Shown: positions 54,776 to 63,528 of the stretch, piece after piece
How positions within the stretch are numbered: position 1 is the stretch's first letter
How the letters are laid out: each line of letters opens with the position of its first letter
From: Clostridia bacterium
Lineage (GTDB): Bacteria > Bacillota > Clostridia > Christensenellales > CAG-138
Reading direction: 5' to 3'
Assembly (NCBI GenBank): GCA_017438865.1
Contig: JAFRUN010000006.1
Span: 5,552-69,551, forward strand
Length of the DNA: 64,000 nt
The notes under the pieces: model-generated
Database searches by the model: none
Seen by the model: the letters and a program-made list of their open reading frames with translations, nothing else
What the model was told of the DNA's origin: nothing
Translations under genes and position numbers: made by a program

Positions 54776-55900
54776 TTATTCGAGATTCTTGAGGTACGCT
54801 CTGCGGCGCTTGTGCTGGACCGCGTTGAAGCGCTTCCAGAGGTTGCGGATCTGCATGTTGTCCTCAAGGTTCAGGTTTGTTTCCGCGTACTCGGTGACGC
54901 CGTCGGAAAGCATATCGGCGAGCGCGGCGGCGATCACGGCGGGGATGCCGGTGTTCACATATTCCGGCGCGACCGCGATAAGCCCGAGGTCGATGACCTT
55001 CGGCTTTTTGATCGCCTTCAGAAGACGCAGGAGCGCGGCGGGGGTCAGATGCCCGCGGCTTTTCTGCACCGCCTTTGCGATCGACGGGAAACTCACGCCG
55101 AAGCAGACGACCTTGTCGTTCTCGTTCAGGATGCACACAACGTGCTCGAGGTCGATGATGAGCCGGAAATTGTCGATCATCATCTTCTTCATGCCGGGCG
55201 TGAACGGCACCGTGCCGTACAATCCCTCGTACGCGACGTCCAGAAGATCGAACAGCCCGTCCTGATAGCGATGGATGAATTCATTGACGTTCTTCGCTTC
55301 GCCGATGCGCAGATTGTATTTTTTAAGGATCTGCTCGGACAGCTTTTTGAGCTTCGCCGCAGTCTCCGGCGCGGGCGCGTAGAGCCTGGATTCTACCCAG
55401 TCGACCTCCTTTGCATACCCGCAGCCCTCGATCAGTTTTCCGTAATATTCGGCGTTGTACTGTTCCTCAAAGGTCGAAAGCTGATCGAAGCCCTCGATCA
55501 GGAGCCCTTCGCGTTCGAGATCGGAAAAGCCCAGCGGACCGCATACGGCGTTCATCCCGTGCTCCCTCGCAAAGCCCTCGACCGCGCCGAACAGCGCCTC
55601 GGCGACCTTGGGATCGTCGATCGCGTCGAACCGGTCGAAGCGCACGCGCTTTTCGTTGTTCTTTTCGTTCGATGCCTTCTGGATGATCGCCATGATGCGC
55701 CCGACGATCTTTCCGTCGCGGTATGCAAGCCAGTAGCCGCACTCGCAGGTGTCGTTGTAGATGAAGTCCTTCGAGAAGATCTTTTTTTCGTCGCCGTACA
55801 GCGGCGGCACGAAGTACGGATTGCCGTGATACATGTCAAGCGGAAAATCCAGAAACGCCTTCTGCTCCGCTTTGGTCCTGACTTCCCTGACGGTTACCAT
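54776..55900 (-). CDS. 375-aa GNAT-like (apparently double GNAT-fold) acyltransferase of unknown substrate
   Basis: N-terminal KAFLDFPLDMYHGNPYFVPPL. C-terminal LGLIAVAPEYVNTGIPAVI. Start at MVTVREV with GGAGGA upstream. Confidence 0.7.
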   Translation of the reverse strand: MVTVREVRTKAEQKAFLDFPLDMYHGNPYFVPPLYGDEKKIFSKDFIYNDTCECGYWLAYRDGKIVGRIMAIIQKASNEKNNEKRVRFDRFDAIDDPKVAEALFGAVEGFAREHGMNAVCGPLGFSDLEREGLLIEGFDQLSTFEEQYNAEYYGKLIEGCGYAKEVDWVESRLYAPAPETAAKLKKLSEQILKKYNLRIGEAKNVNEFIHRYQDGLFDLLDVAYEGLYGTVPFTPGMKKMMIDNFRLIIDLEHVVCILNENDKVVCFGVSFPSIAKAVQKSRGHLTPAALLRLLKAIKKPKVIDLGLIAVAPEYVNTGIPAVIAAALADMLSDGVTEYAETNLNLEDNMQIRNLWKRFNAVQHKRRRAYLKNLE

Positions 55901-55913
55901 GCGTTCCTCCGTT

Positions 55914-56786
55914 TCAGCAGCGGCGGGAGGCATGGAAGCTGACGCCGACGCCGTTCGGACCGCAATGGCTGCCCGCGGTGGGATTGGTCACGATGATCTC
56001 GATGTTCAGATCGTCGCCGAACCGCGCGCGCAGCATGTTTGCAAGCTCTTCGGCAAGCTCCGGCACGTCGGTGTGACCGATGATCACGCGGTGGCTTTTG
56101 ATGTCGTCGCCGAGCTCTTCCGCGAATTTCACAAGGCGGTCCATCGCGTTCGCTCTGCCGCGTTCCTTGCCGATGCTGACCATTTCGCCCGCGTCGTTCA
56201 TCGTGATGATCGGACGGATGCCCAAAAGCGTTCCCATCGTCGCCGCAATGCCCTTGACGCGGCCGCTGCGCTTGAAGAATTTCAGATCGTCCGCGAAGAA
56301 GTACTGCGCAAAGTGCAGAACCTCCCGATCCGCCCACGCAAGCACCTCGTCCGCGGTTTTGCCCGCTTTCACGAGATCGCCGATTTCGCGCACGATGTTG
56401 TAACTGACGATCGTGATGCCCTTGGTGTCGACGTGGTAGAACTTACGCTCCGGAAACTCGTTGAGAAGCTCCGCGACCGCTTCGTCCATCGCGCGGAACG
56501 TGACCGTCATTGCGGCGGAGAAATGCACATAGAGGATGTCGTTGCCCTGTTCGAATTCCGGACGGAAGTAATTGAGATAGCGCTCCTTCGAGATGCCGCC
56601 GGTCGTGGGCAGAATGCCGTTGCGCAGTCCGTCGTAGAACGCGTGCGAATCGAAGACCTCGAAGTCCTCATACGGCCAGATCGTCTTTCCGTCGATGCTG
56701 TACGGCATGGAAATCAGGTGATAGCCGTATTCCTTCGCCACTTCCGGGGTGAAATCGGTGTCGGTGTCGGTAAACAGTGTCAGCAT
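55914..56786 (-). CDS. DegV-family fatty-acid-binding protein (FakB-like)
   Basis: DTDTDFTPEVAKEYGYHLISMPY... and TNPTAGSHCGPNGVGV. Confidence 0.9.
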   Translation of the reverse strand: MLTLFTDTDTDFTPEVAKEYGYHLISMPYSIDGKTIWPYEDFEVFDSHAFYDGLRNGILPTTGGISKERYLNYFRPEFEQGNDILYVHFSAAMTVTFRAMDEAVAELLNEFPERKFYHVDTKGITIVSYNIVREIGDLVKAGKTADEVLAWADREVLHFAQYFFADDLKFFKRSGRVKGIAATMGTLLGIRPIITMNDAGEMVSIGKERGRANAMDRLVKFAEELGDDIKSHRVIIGHTDVPELAEELANMLRARFGDDLNIEIIVTNPTAGSHCGPNGVGVSFHASRRC

Positions 56787-56790
56787 GGTT

Positions 56791-58437
56791 TTATTCTCCT
56801 ACTAAAATATATTGGTGAACGGGCTGTCCGCCGTTGATGCGGATGACCTCCGTTCTGGGATACGTTTTCGTAAGCGCCGCAAAAAGACTGTCCGCTTCGG
56901 CGGCAGGCGCGTCAAGCCCGACCAGAAGCAGCAGAACGCCGCAGTTTTCGATGTGCATGGATTTTGAAAGCGCGATCGCGGTGTCGACCGCGTCGCGGTC
57001 GTTGACGTAGATCGTGTCGCCGATAAAGCCGATGAAATCGCCGGAGCGCACATGCACGCCATCCTTTTCGGCGTTGCGGCTCGCGCGGGAAACGAAGCCG
57101 GTCGTCACGGAATGAATGATCTCGTCGAGCTCCGCCGTGATCTCGTCCGGTTCGCCCGCGTTCGTGTCCATCATGGAGATCGCGGCGTAGCCCTCGCCGA
57201 CCGAATGCGTGTTCAGGACGCGGATATCGGAGGCGGGGTAGAGGTCCTTCGCCTGTTTTGCGGTCATCAGGACGTTGCCGTTGTTCGGGAAGACGTAGAT
57301 CACGTCCGCATTGGTTTTGTCGAACGCGTCAAGAAAATCCGCCGTGCTCGGGTTCATGCTCTGTCCGCCGTCGATCACGACGTCCGTGCCGAGCGACAGG
57401 AACGTTTCTTTGAGTCCCGCGCCCGCGGCGACGGCGACGATGCCGGCTTTCTTGCGCGCTTTCGGTACGGTGACGTTTACCTCTGGCAGTTCGGTTTCGT
57501 TGTGCTGCAGGGACATGTTTTCCACTTTCAGCGTCAGAAACTCGCCGAAGCGCTGGCAGCGGTTCAGGACGTCGCCGGGGCGCATCGTGTGCACGTGCAC
57601 CTTGAGGATCGTCCCCTCGCGGAACGCCACGACGGAATTGCCGACGCTGTTGAGGTATTCGACGAACGCGGGAAGGTCGAACGCTTCGGGATCGCCCTTC
57701 GCGTTCTGCAGACGCAGAAGGAACTCGGTGCAGTAGCCGTAGGTCAGCACGCTGTCCGCGCCGAAGGCGTCGAGGTCGGCTTTCTTGGTTTCGGCATGGG
57801 CTTCTATCCGCTCCACCGCTTCGCCGTTCAGCGTGCGGCGCATGCCTTCAAAGATGTAGATGAGTCCCGCGCCGCCGGAATCGACCACGCCCGCCTCGCG
57901 CAAAACCGGCAAAAGGTCCGGCGTGCGCTCCAGAGAGCGCTGCATTTCGCCGAGCAGGTCGTTGAAATACGTTTTCAGCGTGGATTCGCCTGTGATCCGT
58001 TCGTTTGCGTAGTGCACGCCGTCGGAAAACACGGTCAGGATCGTGCCTTCGACCGGAACGGGGACCGCGCGGTACGCTTCCTCCACGCCGCATTCCATCG
58101 CGCGGGAGATCACGGACAGGTCTGCCTCCCGGACGCCCGCAAAGCCCTTATTGATGCCGGAAAAGATGCGCGAAAGGATGACGCCCGAGTTTCCGCGCGC
58201 GCCCAGAAGCATGCCGTGCGCGCTGCGGTTTGCAACGTCGGACAGGTCCGCGTCCTCGCCGCGGTCGACCGCGTCCGCGCCGGAATAGACCGTTGCGAGC
58301 ATATTGTCGCCGGTGTCGCCGTCGGGAATGGGAAAGACGTTCAGATCGTTGACCGCTTTGCGGTAGCAGCCGAGATGGTCCGCGCCGCTCGATAACATAC
58401 CGGCGTACAGCGCGCCGTTCAATGTAACAGTCTGCAT
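56791..58437 (-). CDS. fakA: DAK2-domain protein, fatty acid kinase catalytic subunit-like (YloV/FakA)
   Basis: 548 aa. VFPIPDGDTGDNM and GARGNSGVILSRIF. Lies adjacent to a DegV gene. Confidence 0.8.
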   Translation of the reverse strand: MQTVTLNGALYAGMLSSGADHLGCYRKAVNDLNVFPIPDGDTGDNMLATVYSGADAVDRGEDADLSDVANRSAHGMLLGARGNSGVILSRIFSGINKGFAGVREADLSVISRAMECGVEEAYRAVPVPVEGTILTVFSDGVHYANERITGESTLKTYFNDLLGEMQRSLERTPDLLPVLREAGVVDSGGAGLIYIFEGMRRTLNGEAVERIEAHAETKKADLDAFGADSVLTYGYCTEFLLRLQNAKGDPEAFDLPAFVEYLNSVGNSVVAFREGTILKVHVHTMRPGDVLNRCQRFGEFLTLKVENMSLQHNETELPEVNVTVPKARKKAGIVAVAAGAGLKETFLSLGTDVVIDGGQSMNPSTADFLDAFDKTNADVIYVFPNNGNVLMTAKQAKDLYPASDIRVLNTHSVGEGYAAISMMDTNAGEPDEITAELDEIIHSVTTGFVSRASRNAEKDGVHVRSGDFIGFIGDTIYVNDRDAVDTAIALSKSMHIENCGVLLLLVGLDAPAAEADSLFAALTKTYPRTEVIRINGGQPVHQYILVGE

Positions 58438-58448
58438 GGCGCGCCTCC

Positions 58449-58682
58449 TCAGATGTGATCCGGAAGCGTCGCTTTGACGTCCACGATGTCATCCAGCGTG
58501 CAATGGAGCACGCTGCAGATCTTCAAAAGCGTATTGAGATGGACGGGCAGTCCCTTGCCGAGCTTGGCGATGACCGCGGAGCTGAGCTTCGTTTTCGACT
58601 GCAGATCCTTTTTCTTCATCTTCCGGCTGGACAGAAGCCGCCAGAGCTTGTCGTAGCAAACCCGAAAGGATTCCGGTATCAT
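58449..58682 (-). CDS. Small XRE-family HTH protein
   Basis: MKKKDLQSKTKLSSAVIAKLGKG..VHLNTLLKICSVLHCTLDDIV. The start at 58682 is tentative. Confidence 0.7.
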   Translation of the reverse strand: MIPESFRVCYDKLWRLLSSRKMKKKDLQSKTKLSSAVIAKLGKGLPVHLNTLLKICSVLHCTLDDIVDVKATLPDHI

Positions 58683-58779
58683 TTGTTCCCCCTGTGAAAA
58701 GATGCAAAGCATTCCCCGTTGCGCTTTGCCGAAACTACAGAATGATTTTATCATCTTTTTCGACAAGTTTCAACAGATT

Positions 58780-58795
58780 CTTTACTTTTGTAAAG
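58780..58795. promoter_or_regulatory. Inverted repeat CTTTAC-TTTT-GTAAAG (candidate operator)
   Basis: Lies in the divergent region between the XRE gene and the zinc-ribbon membrane gene. Confidence 0.25.
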
Positions 58796-58813
58796 AAAAA
58801 CACGGTTCGCCGA

Positions 58814-58843
58814 TTGACAGGACAGAACAAAATCATATATGAT
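58814..58843 (+). promoter_or_regulatory. Promoter TTGACA-18-TATGAT
   Basis: Read directly from the sequence. GAAGGAGG SD at 58871-58878. Confidence 0.5.
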
Positions 58844-58886
58844 AACAGCGGAAACACAATGATCCGTATAGAAGGAGGAAACGGTT

Positions 58887-59321
58887 ATGTTTTGCAGCAA
58901 ATGCGGAAAAGAAGTGAAGCCCGGAATGAAGTTCTGCGAGGAATGCGGAACACCGGTGAAGATCGCAACGCCCGAACCGAAGCCCGAGCCCGTCGACGGG
59001 CCGCTTTTTGCGCCGCCGCCCGCGCCGGTCGTGCCGGAGGAGAACCGCCCGCTCGGACCGTGGGCGTACTTCGGCTACGGTATCCTGTTCTCGCTCCCGG
59101 TCGTCGGATTCATTCTGCTGATCGTCTTCTCCTTTGCGGGAAGAAACGTCAACCGCAAGAATTTCGCGCGCTCGTACTGGTGCTGGCTGATCCTGCTGCT
59201 GGCGATCGTGCTGATTTTCGTCGTGCTGATCCTCACCGGCGTTCTGCGCGGGGCGACGCAGGGGTTCGCATACTGGCTGCATTCGATCGGGCTCGGCCGG
59301 CTGGCAAGATTATTCCGCTGA
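58887..59321 (+). CDS. Zinc-ribbon domain membrane protein
   Basis: MFCSKCGKEVKPGMKFCEECG, a Pro-rich linker, then three hydrophobic segments. Confidence 0.7.
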   Translation: MFCSKCGKEVKPGMKFCEECGTPVKIATPEPKPEPVDGPLFAPPPAPVVPEENRPLGPWAYFGYGILFSLPVVGFILLIVFSFAGRNVNRKNFARSYWCWLILLLAIVLIFVVLILTGVLRGATQGFAYWLHSIGLGRLARLFR

Positions 59322-59428
59322 CACGGTCGTCAATAAGGACATCGGACGGCAATACGCCGTCTTTTTTTACTTTACAGAGAACCTGTTTGCGTGGTATATT
59401 GAACAGGACCGAACAAAACGGAGGATGT

Positions 59429-61732
59429 ATGAAGAGAAAGGCGCTGCTTGCACTCGCCCTGATCCTGGCGCTGCTCCCGTGGGCGACCTTCCGAACCGTC
59501 GGAGAAACGGCGGAGGCGGAGCGTCTCGCGGTTTCCGTGACGATGCCCGAAAAACGCGAATCCGAGTCGTTTCTGCTGACGGACGGCTTTGCGTCCACCT
59601 ATGTTGCGTTCAGGGGCGGCAGCACGGTCCGGTTCGATTTATCCGGCGAAGCGGCACAGCTCGTCACCGTGTGGGAAAGCGAGCCCGCGCATGTGATTCT
59701 GACCTGCTTTTCCGGTGAATCGGTCCTTTCCGAATCCGACCTTCCGGTATCGTTTCTGACGACCGTCACAACGCTCCCCGCGGGAACGACGGCGGTCGGG
59801 CTGACCTTCGATCAAAAGAATACGGCGAAGCTCTCCGAGATTCTTGCGTTCGGTGCGGGTGCGCTTCCGAAGACCGTGCACCGGTGGGAAGCCGCCGCGC
59901 AGCCGGACGTATTGCTCGTCGTTGCCTACCCGGGCGACGAGTACCGCTTCTTCGGAGGGCTGCTGCCGACGCTTCTGAACGACGGCGCTTCCGTCGCCGT
60001 GTGTTATGTTTCCGATTACAGCCGCGCGCGCCTCGAGGAGGGCTTTGACGCGCTGCAGACGCTCGCATGCGGGACCTATCCCGTCCGGCTGAAGATCGAC
60101 GGGAAACTGAGTCTGGATTATAAGGAGCTCCGCTGCGGCTGGCAGAGCGAGAAGCCGGACGAGCGTTTCGAGGAACAGCTTGCCGCACTCCGTCCGACGG
60201 TGATCGTGGCGCCGTCGGATACGGACGCCGCGCCGGAAGCACGGCTCGTTTCGGAGATCGTGCAGGCGGTCTGCGAACGGAATCCCGATTCGTTTCAAAA
60301 GCTGTATCTTGCGGAATCCGGCGAGGGCGCGATTTCGATCGGCGACCGGGCGCTTCTGCTGTACGGCGGACAAAGCGCAAACGCGGTCGCGAAGAACGCG
60401 CTGGACGGCTTTCATTCCGTCGATTTCTTCGAGTACGCGATCTCCGCGGAAGGCGCATACCGCCTTGCGATGACGCAGGTCGGACCGGACGCAAAAACCG
60501 ATACGCTGTTTGAGCACGTTTCGGTCGAGCTGCACCCGCCGGTCACGCCGACGCCGGTCCCGACCGAGGAACCGGTCGGAACGCCGACGGAAAACCCGAC
60601 GGTATCGCCCGATCCGACGGCAAAGGAGACCGAACCGCCCGAACCGACGCCGACGCCGAAGCAGCAGAGACGCGGCTGGTTTTCCTGCGCGGGCAGGGAG
60701 ATCACGCCTTCTCCGACGGCCGCGCCGACCGCAGGACCGACGCCTGCGCCGACGCAGGTCCAGACCGCGGTCCCGACCGAACAGCCGACGCCGGAGCCGA
60801 GCGAGGAACCGACGCCCGGGCCGACGGAAACGCCCGCGCCCGAGCGCTTCGCGGGGCATTTCCTGGAGGAGGGCGAGCCGGAGCAGTTCACGATGGATCG
60901 CGAAAACGGACATTGGACCTTCCGCGATCAATCCACGGATATCGATATCCGGCGCGTCGAGGCGCGCGATCCGCAGGGCGATCCGCAGATCTATTTCGTC
61001 GCGCACGTCCGGATGCGGAAGAATATGCACCGGTCGGGCTTCGGAACGGAGGTGCGCAGCGGGAAGACGAGAGAAAAAGCGTACGGCATCGCGCGCCGCT
61101 ACGGCGCGGTGCTTCTGATCACCGGCGACAATATGATCAACTTTGAGGAGGCGTACACGCTGCGCAGCACGCTGATCCGCGACGGGCGCGTGTACCTTCA
61201 CAAGACCGGTGAATCCGTCATGGCATGGAACGAGCGGACGCTGTCGTTCGACCTCTTCGAGGACCGTTCGTTCACGACGGAGGAGCTTCTGGAACGCGGC
61301 TACCGCGACGTCTACTGCTTCGGACCGATCCTTGTGCAGAACGGCGAGGTGCGGGAACGGCTGCGTCTGCACCGGCTTTCCGGCAACAACCCGCGCACCG
61401 GCGTCGGGCAGATCGAGCCGGGGCACTTCGTGGTGATCGTCGTGGACGGCAAGCGTCCGGGCGTGGCGACCGGTATGCAGCTGCAGGATTTTGCCGCGCT
61501 GTTCAAGGCGGAGGGATGCGTTTCGGCGTACAACCTCGACGGCGGGCTGTCCGCAGACATCGTCTTTATGGGCGAGCATCTGCGCGAGCGGAAAGAAAAG
61601 CGCAACCTGCCGGACGCGCTGCTGTTCGGACATACCGACCTTCTTCCCGCCGAGCACGATCCGTCGCCGGAAAACTATGAGGTCGGCGTCGACGAAAACG
61701 GACGCACGGTCATCGTGCCGAAAAAACGGTAA
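59429..61732 (+). CDS. Secreted multidomain protein: N-terminal domain, degenerate LmbE/PIG-L-like domain, Pro/Thr linker, phosphodiester glycosidase (NAGPA-like) domain
   Basis: Signal peptide MKRKALLALALILALLPWA. VLLVVAYPGDEYRFFGG stands where PIG-L enzymes have AHPDDE. C-terminal pattern NPRTGVGQIEPGHFVVIVVDGKR...AYNLDGGLSA. The track ORF from 58694 is an upstream extension. Confidence 0.75.
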   Translation: MKRKALLALALILALLPWATFRTVGETAEAERLAVSVTMPEKRESESFLLTDGFASTYVAFRGGSTVRFDLSGEAAQLVTVWESEPAHVILTCFSGESVLSESDLPVSFLTTVTTLPAGTTAVGLTFDQKNTAKLSEILAFGAGALPKTVHRWEAAAQPDVLLVVAYPGDEYRFFGGLLPTLLNDGASVAVCYVSDYSRARLEEGFDALQTLACGTYPVRLKIDGKLSLDYKELRCGWQSEKPDERFEEQLAALRPTVIVAPSDTDAAPEARLVSEIVQAVCERNPDSFQKLYLAESGEGAISIGDRALLLYGGQSANAVAKNALDGFHSVDFFEYAISAEGAYRLAMTQVGPDAKTDTLFEHVSVELHPPVTPTPVPTEEPVGTPTENPTVSPDPTAKETEPPEPTPTPKQQRRGWFSCAGREITPSPTAAPTAGPTPAPTQVQTAVPTEQPTPEPSEEPTPGPTETPAPERFAGHFLEEGEPEQFTMDRENGHWTFRDQSTDIDIRRVEARDPQGDPQIYFVAHVRMRKNMHRSGFGTEVRSGKTREKAYGIARRYGAVLLITGDNMINFEEAYTLRSTLIRDGRVYLHKTGESVMAWNERTLSFDLFEDRSFTTEELLERGYRDVYCFGPILVQNGEVRERLRLHRLSGNNPRTGVGQIEPGHFVVIVVDGKRPGVATGMQLQDFAALFKAEGCVSAYNLDGGLSADIVFMGEHLRERKEKRNLPDALLFGHTDLLPAEHDPSPENYEVGVDENGRTVIVPKKR

Positions 61733-61834
61733 ACGACCTTTTATCACGCGGGGGAGCGGCTCTCCCGCGTTTTTTCATGCTTGCGAAACGGGCGCGGAAA
61801 TGGTACAATAAACCAAAGGGAAGGGAGGCATTCT

Positions 61835-62236
61835 ATGCTGTACGAATACCGTTTGGAAACCCCGAAGGAGGGCTTTATCGACATCACCGAGGAGGTCCGC
61901 GACGCCTGCAGGCAGAGCGGCGTGTTCGACGGAATGCTGACCGTTTACTGTCCGCATACCACCGCGGGCGTGACGATCAACGAGAACACCGATCCGGACG
62001 TGAAGAACGATCTGCTGTTCGCGCTGAACAAGACCTATCCCGATCGCGCGGAGTTCCGTCACGCGGAGGGCAACAGCGCGGCGCATCTGAAGGCGAGCGT
62101 CATCGGCAGCAGCGTTACGATCATGATCGACGACGGCGAGCCGGTGCTGGGAACCTGGCAGGCGGTGTATTTTGCGGAGTTTGACGGTCCGCGCTCACGC
62201 AGGTTCACCGTCAAGGTCATGGGCAACAGAGGATAA
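61835..62236 (+). CDS. YjbQ/UPF0047-family protein (secondary thiamine-phosphate synthase)
   Basis: GFIDITEEV...TVYCPHTTAGVTINENTDPDV..., HLKASVIG. Confidence 0.85.
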   Translation: MLYEYRLETPKEGFIDITEEVRDACRQSGVFDGMLTVYCPHTTAGVTINENTDPDVKNDLLFALNKTYPDRAEFRHAEGNSAAHLKASVIGSSVTIMIDDGEPVLGTWQAVYFAEFDGPRSRRFTVKVMGNRG

Positions 62237-62253
62237 ACCGGAAGGAGATTTTT

Positions 62254-63474
62254 ATGAAAGCATACGAACGGCTGTTGAAGTATGTCGTCGTGCACACGAC
62301 GAGCGATGAGGAGAGCGTCACGGTTCCGACCACCGTGCGCCAGTTCGATCTCGCGAAGATGCTGGTCGAAGAGCTGCACGGGATCGGCGTAACCGACGCC
62401 GCGGTCGACGGCATGTGCTACGTCTATGCGACGCTGCCCGCCTCGCCGGGGTACGAAAACGCGCCGAAGCTCGGCTTTATCGCGCACATGGACACCGCGC
62501 CGGACTTTTCGGGCGAGAATGTGCGCCCGCGCATCATCGAACACTATGACGGCGGCGACGTCGTACTCGGTGAAAGCGGCAGAACGCTCGAAAACGCGCA
62601 GTTTCCGCATCTGGCGTCTCTGAAAGGGCGCACGCTGATCGTGACCGACGGCACGACGCTCCTCGGCGCGGACGATAAGGCGGGCGTTGCGGAGATCGTC
62701 ACCATGCTCGAACGCGTGATCGCCGAAAACATCCCGCACGGAAAGATCTCCGTCTGCTTCACACCGGACGAGGAAGTCGGCAGCGGCGCGGATCACTTCG
62801 ACGTCGAGCGGTTCGGCGCGGACTTCGGCTATACCTGCGACGGCGGCGCCGAAAGCGAGCTCGAGTATGAAAACTTCAACGCGGCGGAGGCGAATTTCAG
62901 GATCAACGGCTTCAACGTGCATCCGGGCGAGGCAAAGGATAAGATGGTGAACGCGCTGCTGGTCGCCTGCGAGATCAACGCCATGCTGCCGAAGGGGCAG
63001 ACGCCGCGCGACACCGAGGGCTATCAGGGCTTCTGGCATCTCACCAAGCTCGAGGGCACCACGGAAACGGCACGGCTGCAGTACATCATCCGCGATCACG
63101 ATTTTACAAACTTTGCGCGGCGCAAGGAAATGCTCGAAAAGATCGCGGCAGTCGTCAACGACACCTACGGCGAGGGTACGGTTTCGCTTTCGATCCGCGA
63201 TCAGTACCGCAACATGAAGGAAAAGATCGAGCCGTGTATGCACCTCATTGACAACGCGAAAAAGGCGATGGAACTTGCGGGCGTCACGCCGAAGGTCCAG
63301 CCGATCCGCGGCGGCACAGACGGCGCCCGGCTCAGCTTCATGGGGCTTCCGTGTCCGAACCTCGGCACCGGCGGCTATGCGTTCCACGGTCCCTACGAGC
63401 ATATCACCGTCGAGGGCATGGACGCCGCGGTCGAAATTCTCAGGAATCTCGTCGTACTCTACCGCGATATGTAA
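62254..63474 (+). CDS. pepT: Peptidase T (M20B tripeptide aminopeptidase)
   Basis: RLLKYVVVHTTSDEES, GFIAHMDT, LGADDKAG, FTPDEEVG and GGTDGA. Confidence 0.9.
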   Translation: MKAYERLLKYVVVHTTSDEESVTVPTTVRQFDLAKMLVEELHGIGVTDAAVDGMCYVYATLPASPGYENAPKLGFIAHMDTAPDFSGENVRPRIIEHYDGGDVVLGESGRTLENAQFPHLASLKGRTLIVTDGTTLLGADDKAGVAEIVTMLERVIAENIPHGKISVCFTPDEEVGSGADHFDVERFGADFGYTCDGGAESELEYENFNAAEANFRINGFNVHPGEAKDKMVNALLVACEINAMLPKGQTPRDTEGYQGFWHLTKLEGTTETARLQYIIRDHDFTNFARRKEMLEKIAAVVNDTYGEGTVSLSIRDQYRNMKEKIEPCMHLIDNAKKAMELAGVTPKVQPIRGGTDGARLSFMGLPCPNLGTGGYAFHGPYEHITVEGMDAAVEILRNLVVLYRDM

Positions 63475-63484
63475 AACGCAAATA

Positions 63485-63519
63485 AAAAGGACTTCCCGTA
63501 TGCGGGGAAGTCCTTTTTT
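63485..63519. terminator. Bidirectional terminator
   Basis: AAAAA-GGACTTCCC-loop-GGGAAGTCC-TTTTTT. Confidence 0.8.
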
Positions 63520-63528
63520 GTTTCGGTT

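Noticed and set aside
58694-59428. Upstream extension of the 59429-61732 ORF giving 1012 aa
   Set aside because: It overlaps the zinc-ribbon membrane gene (58887-59321) in another frame. A signal peptide begins at 59429.
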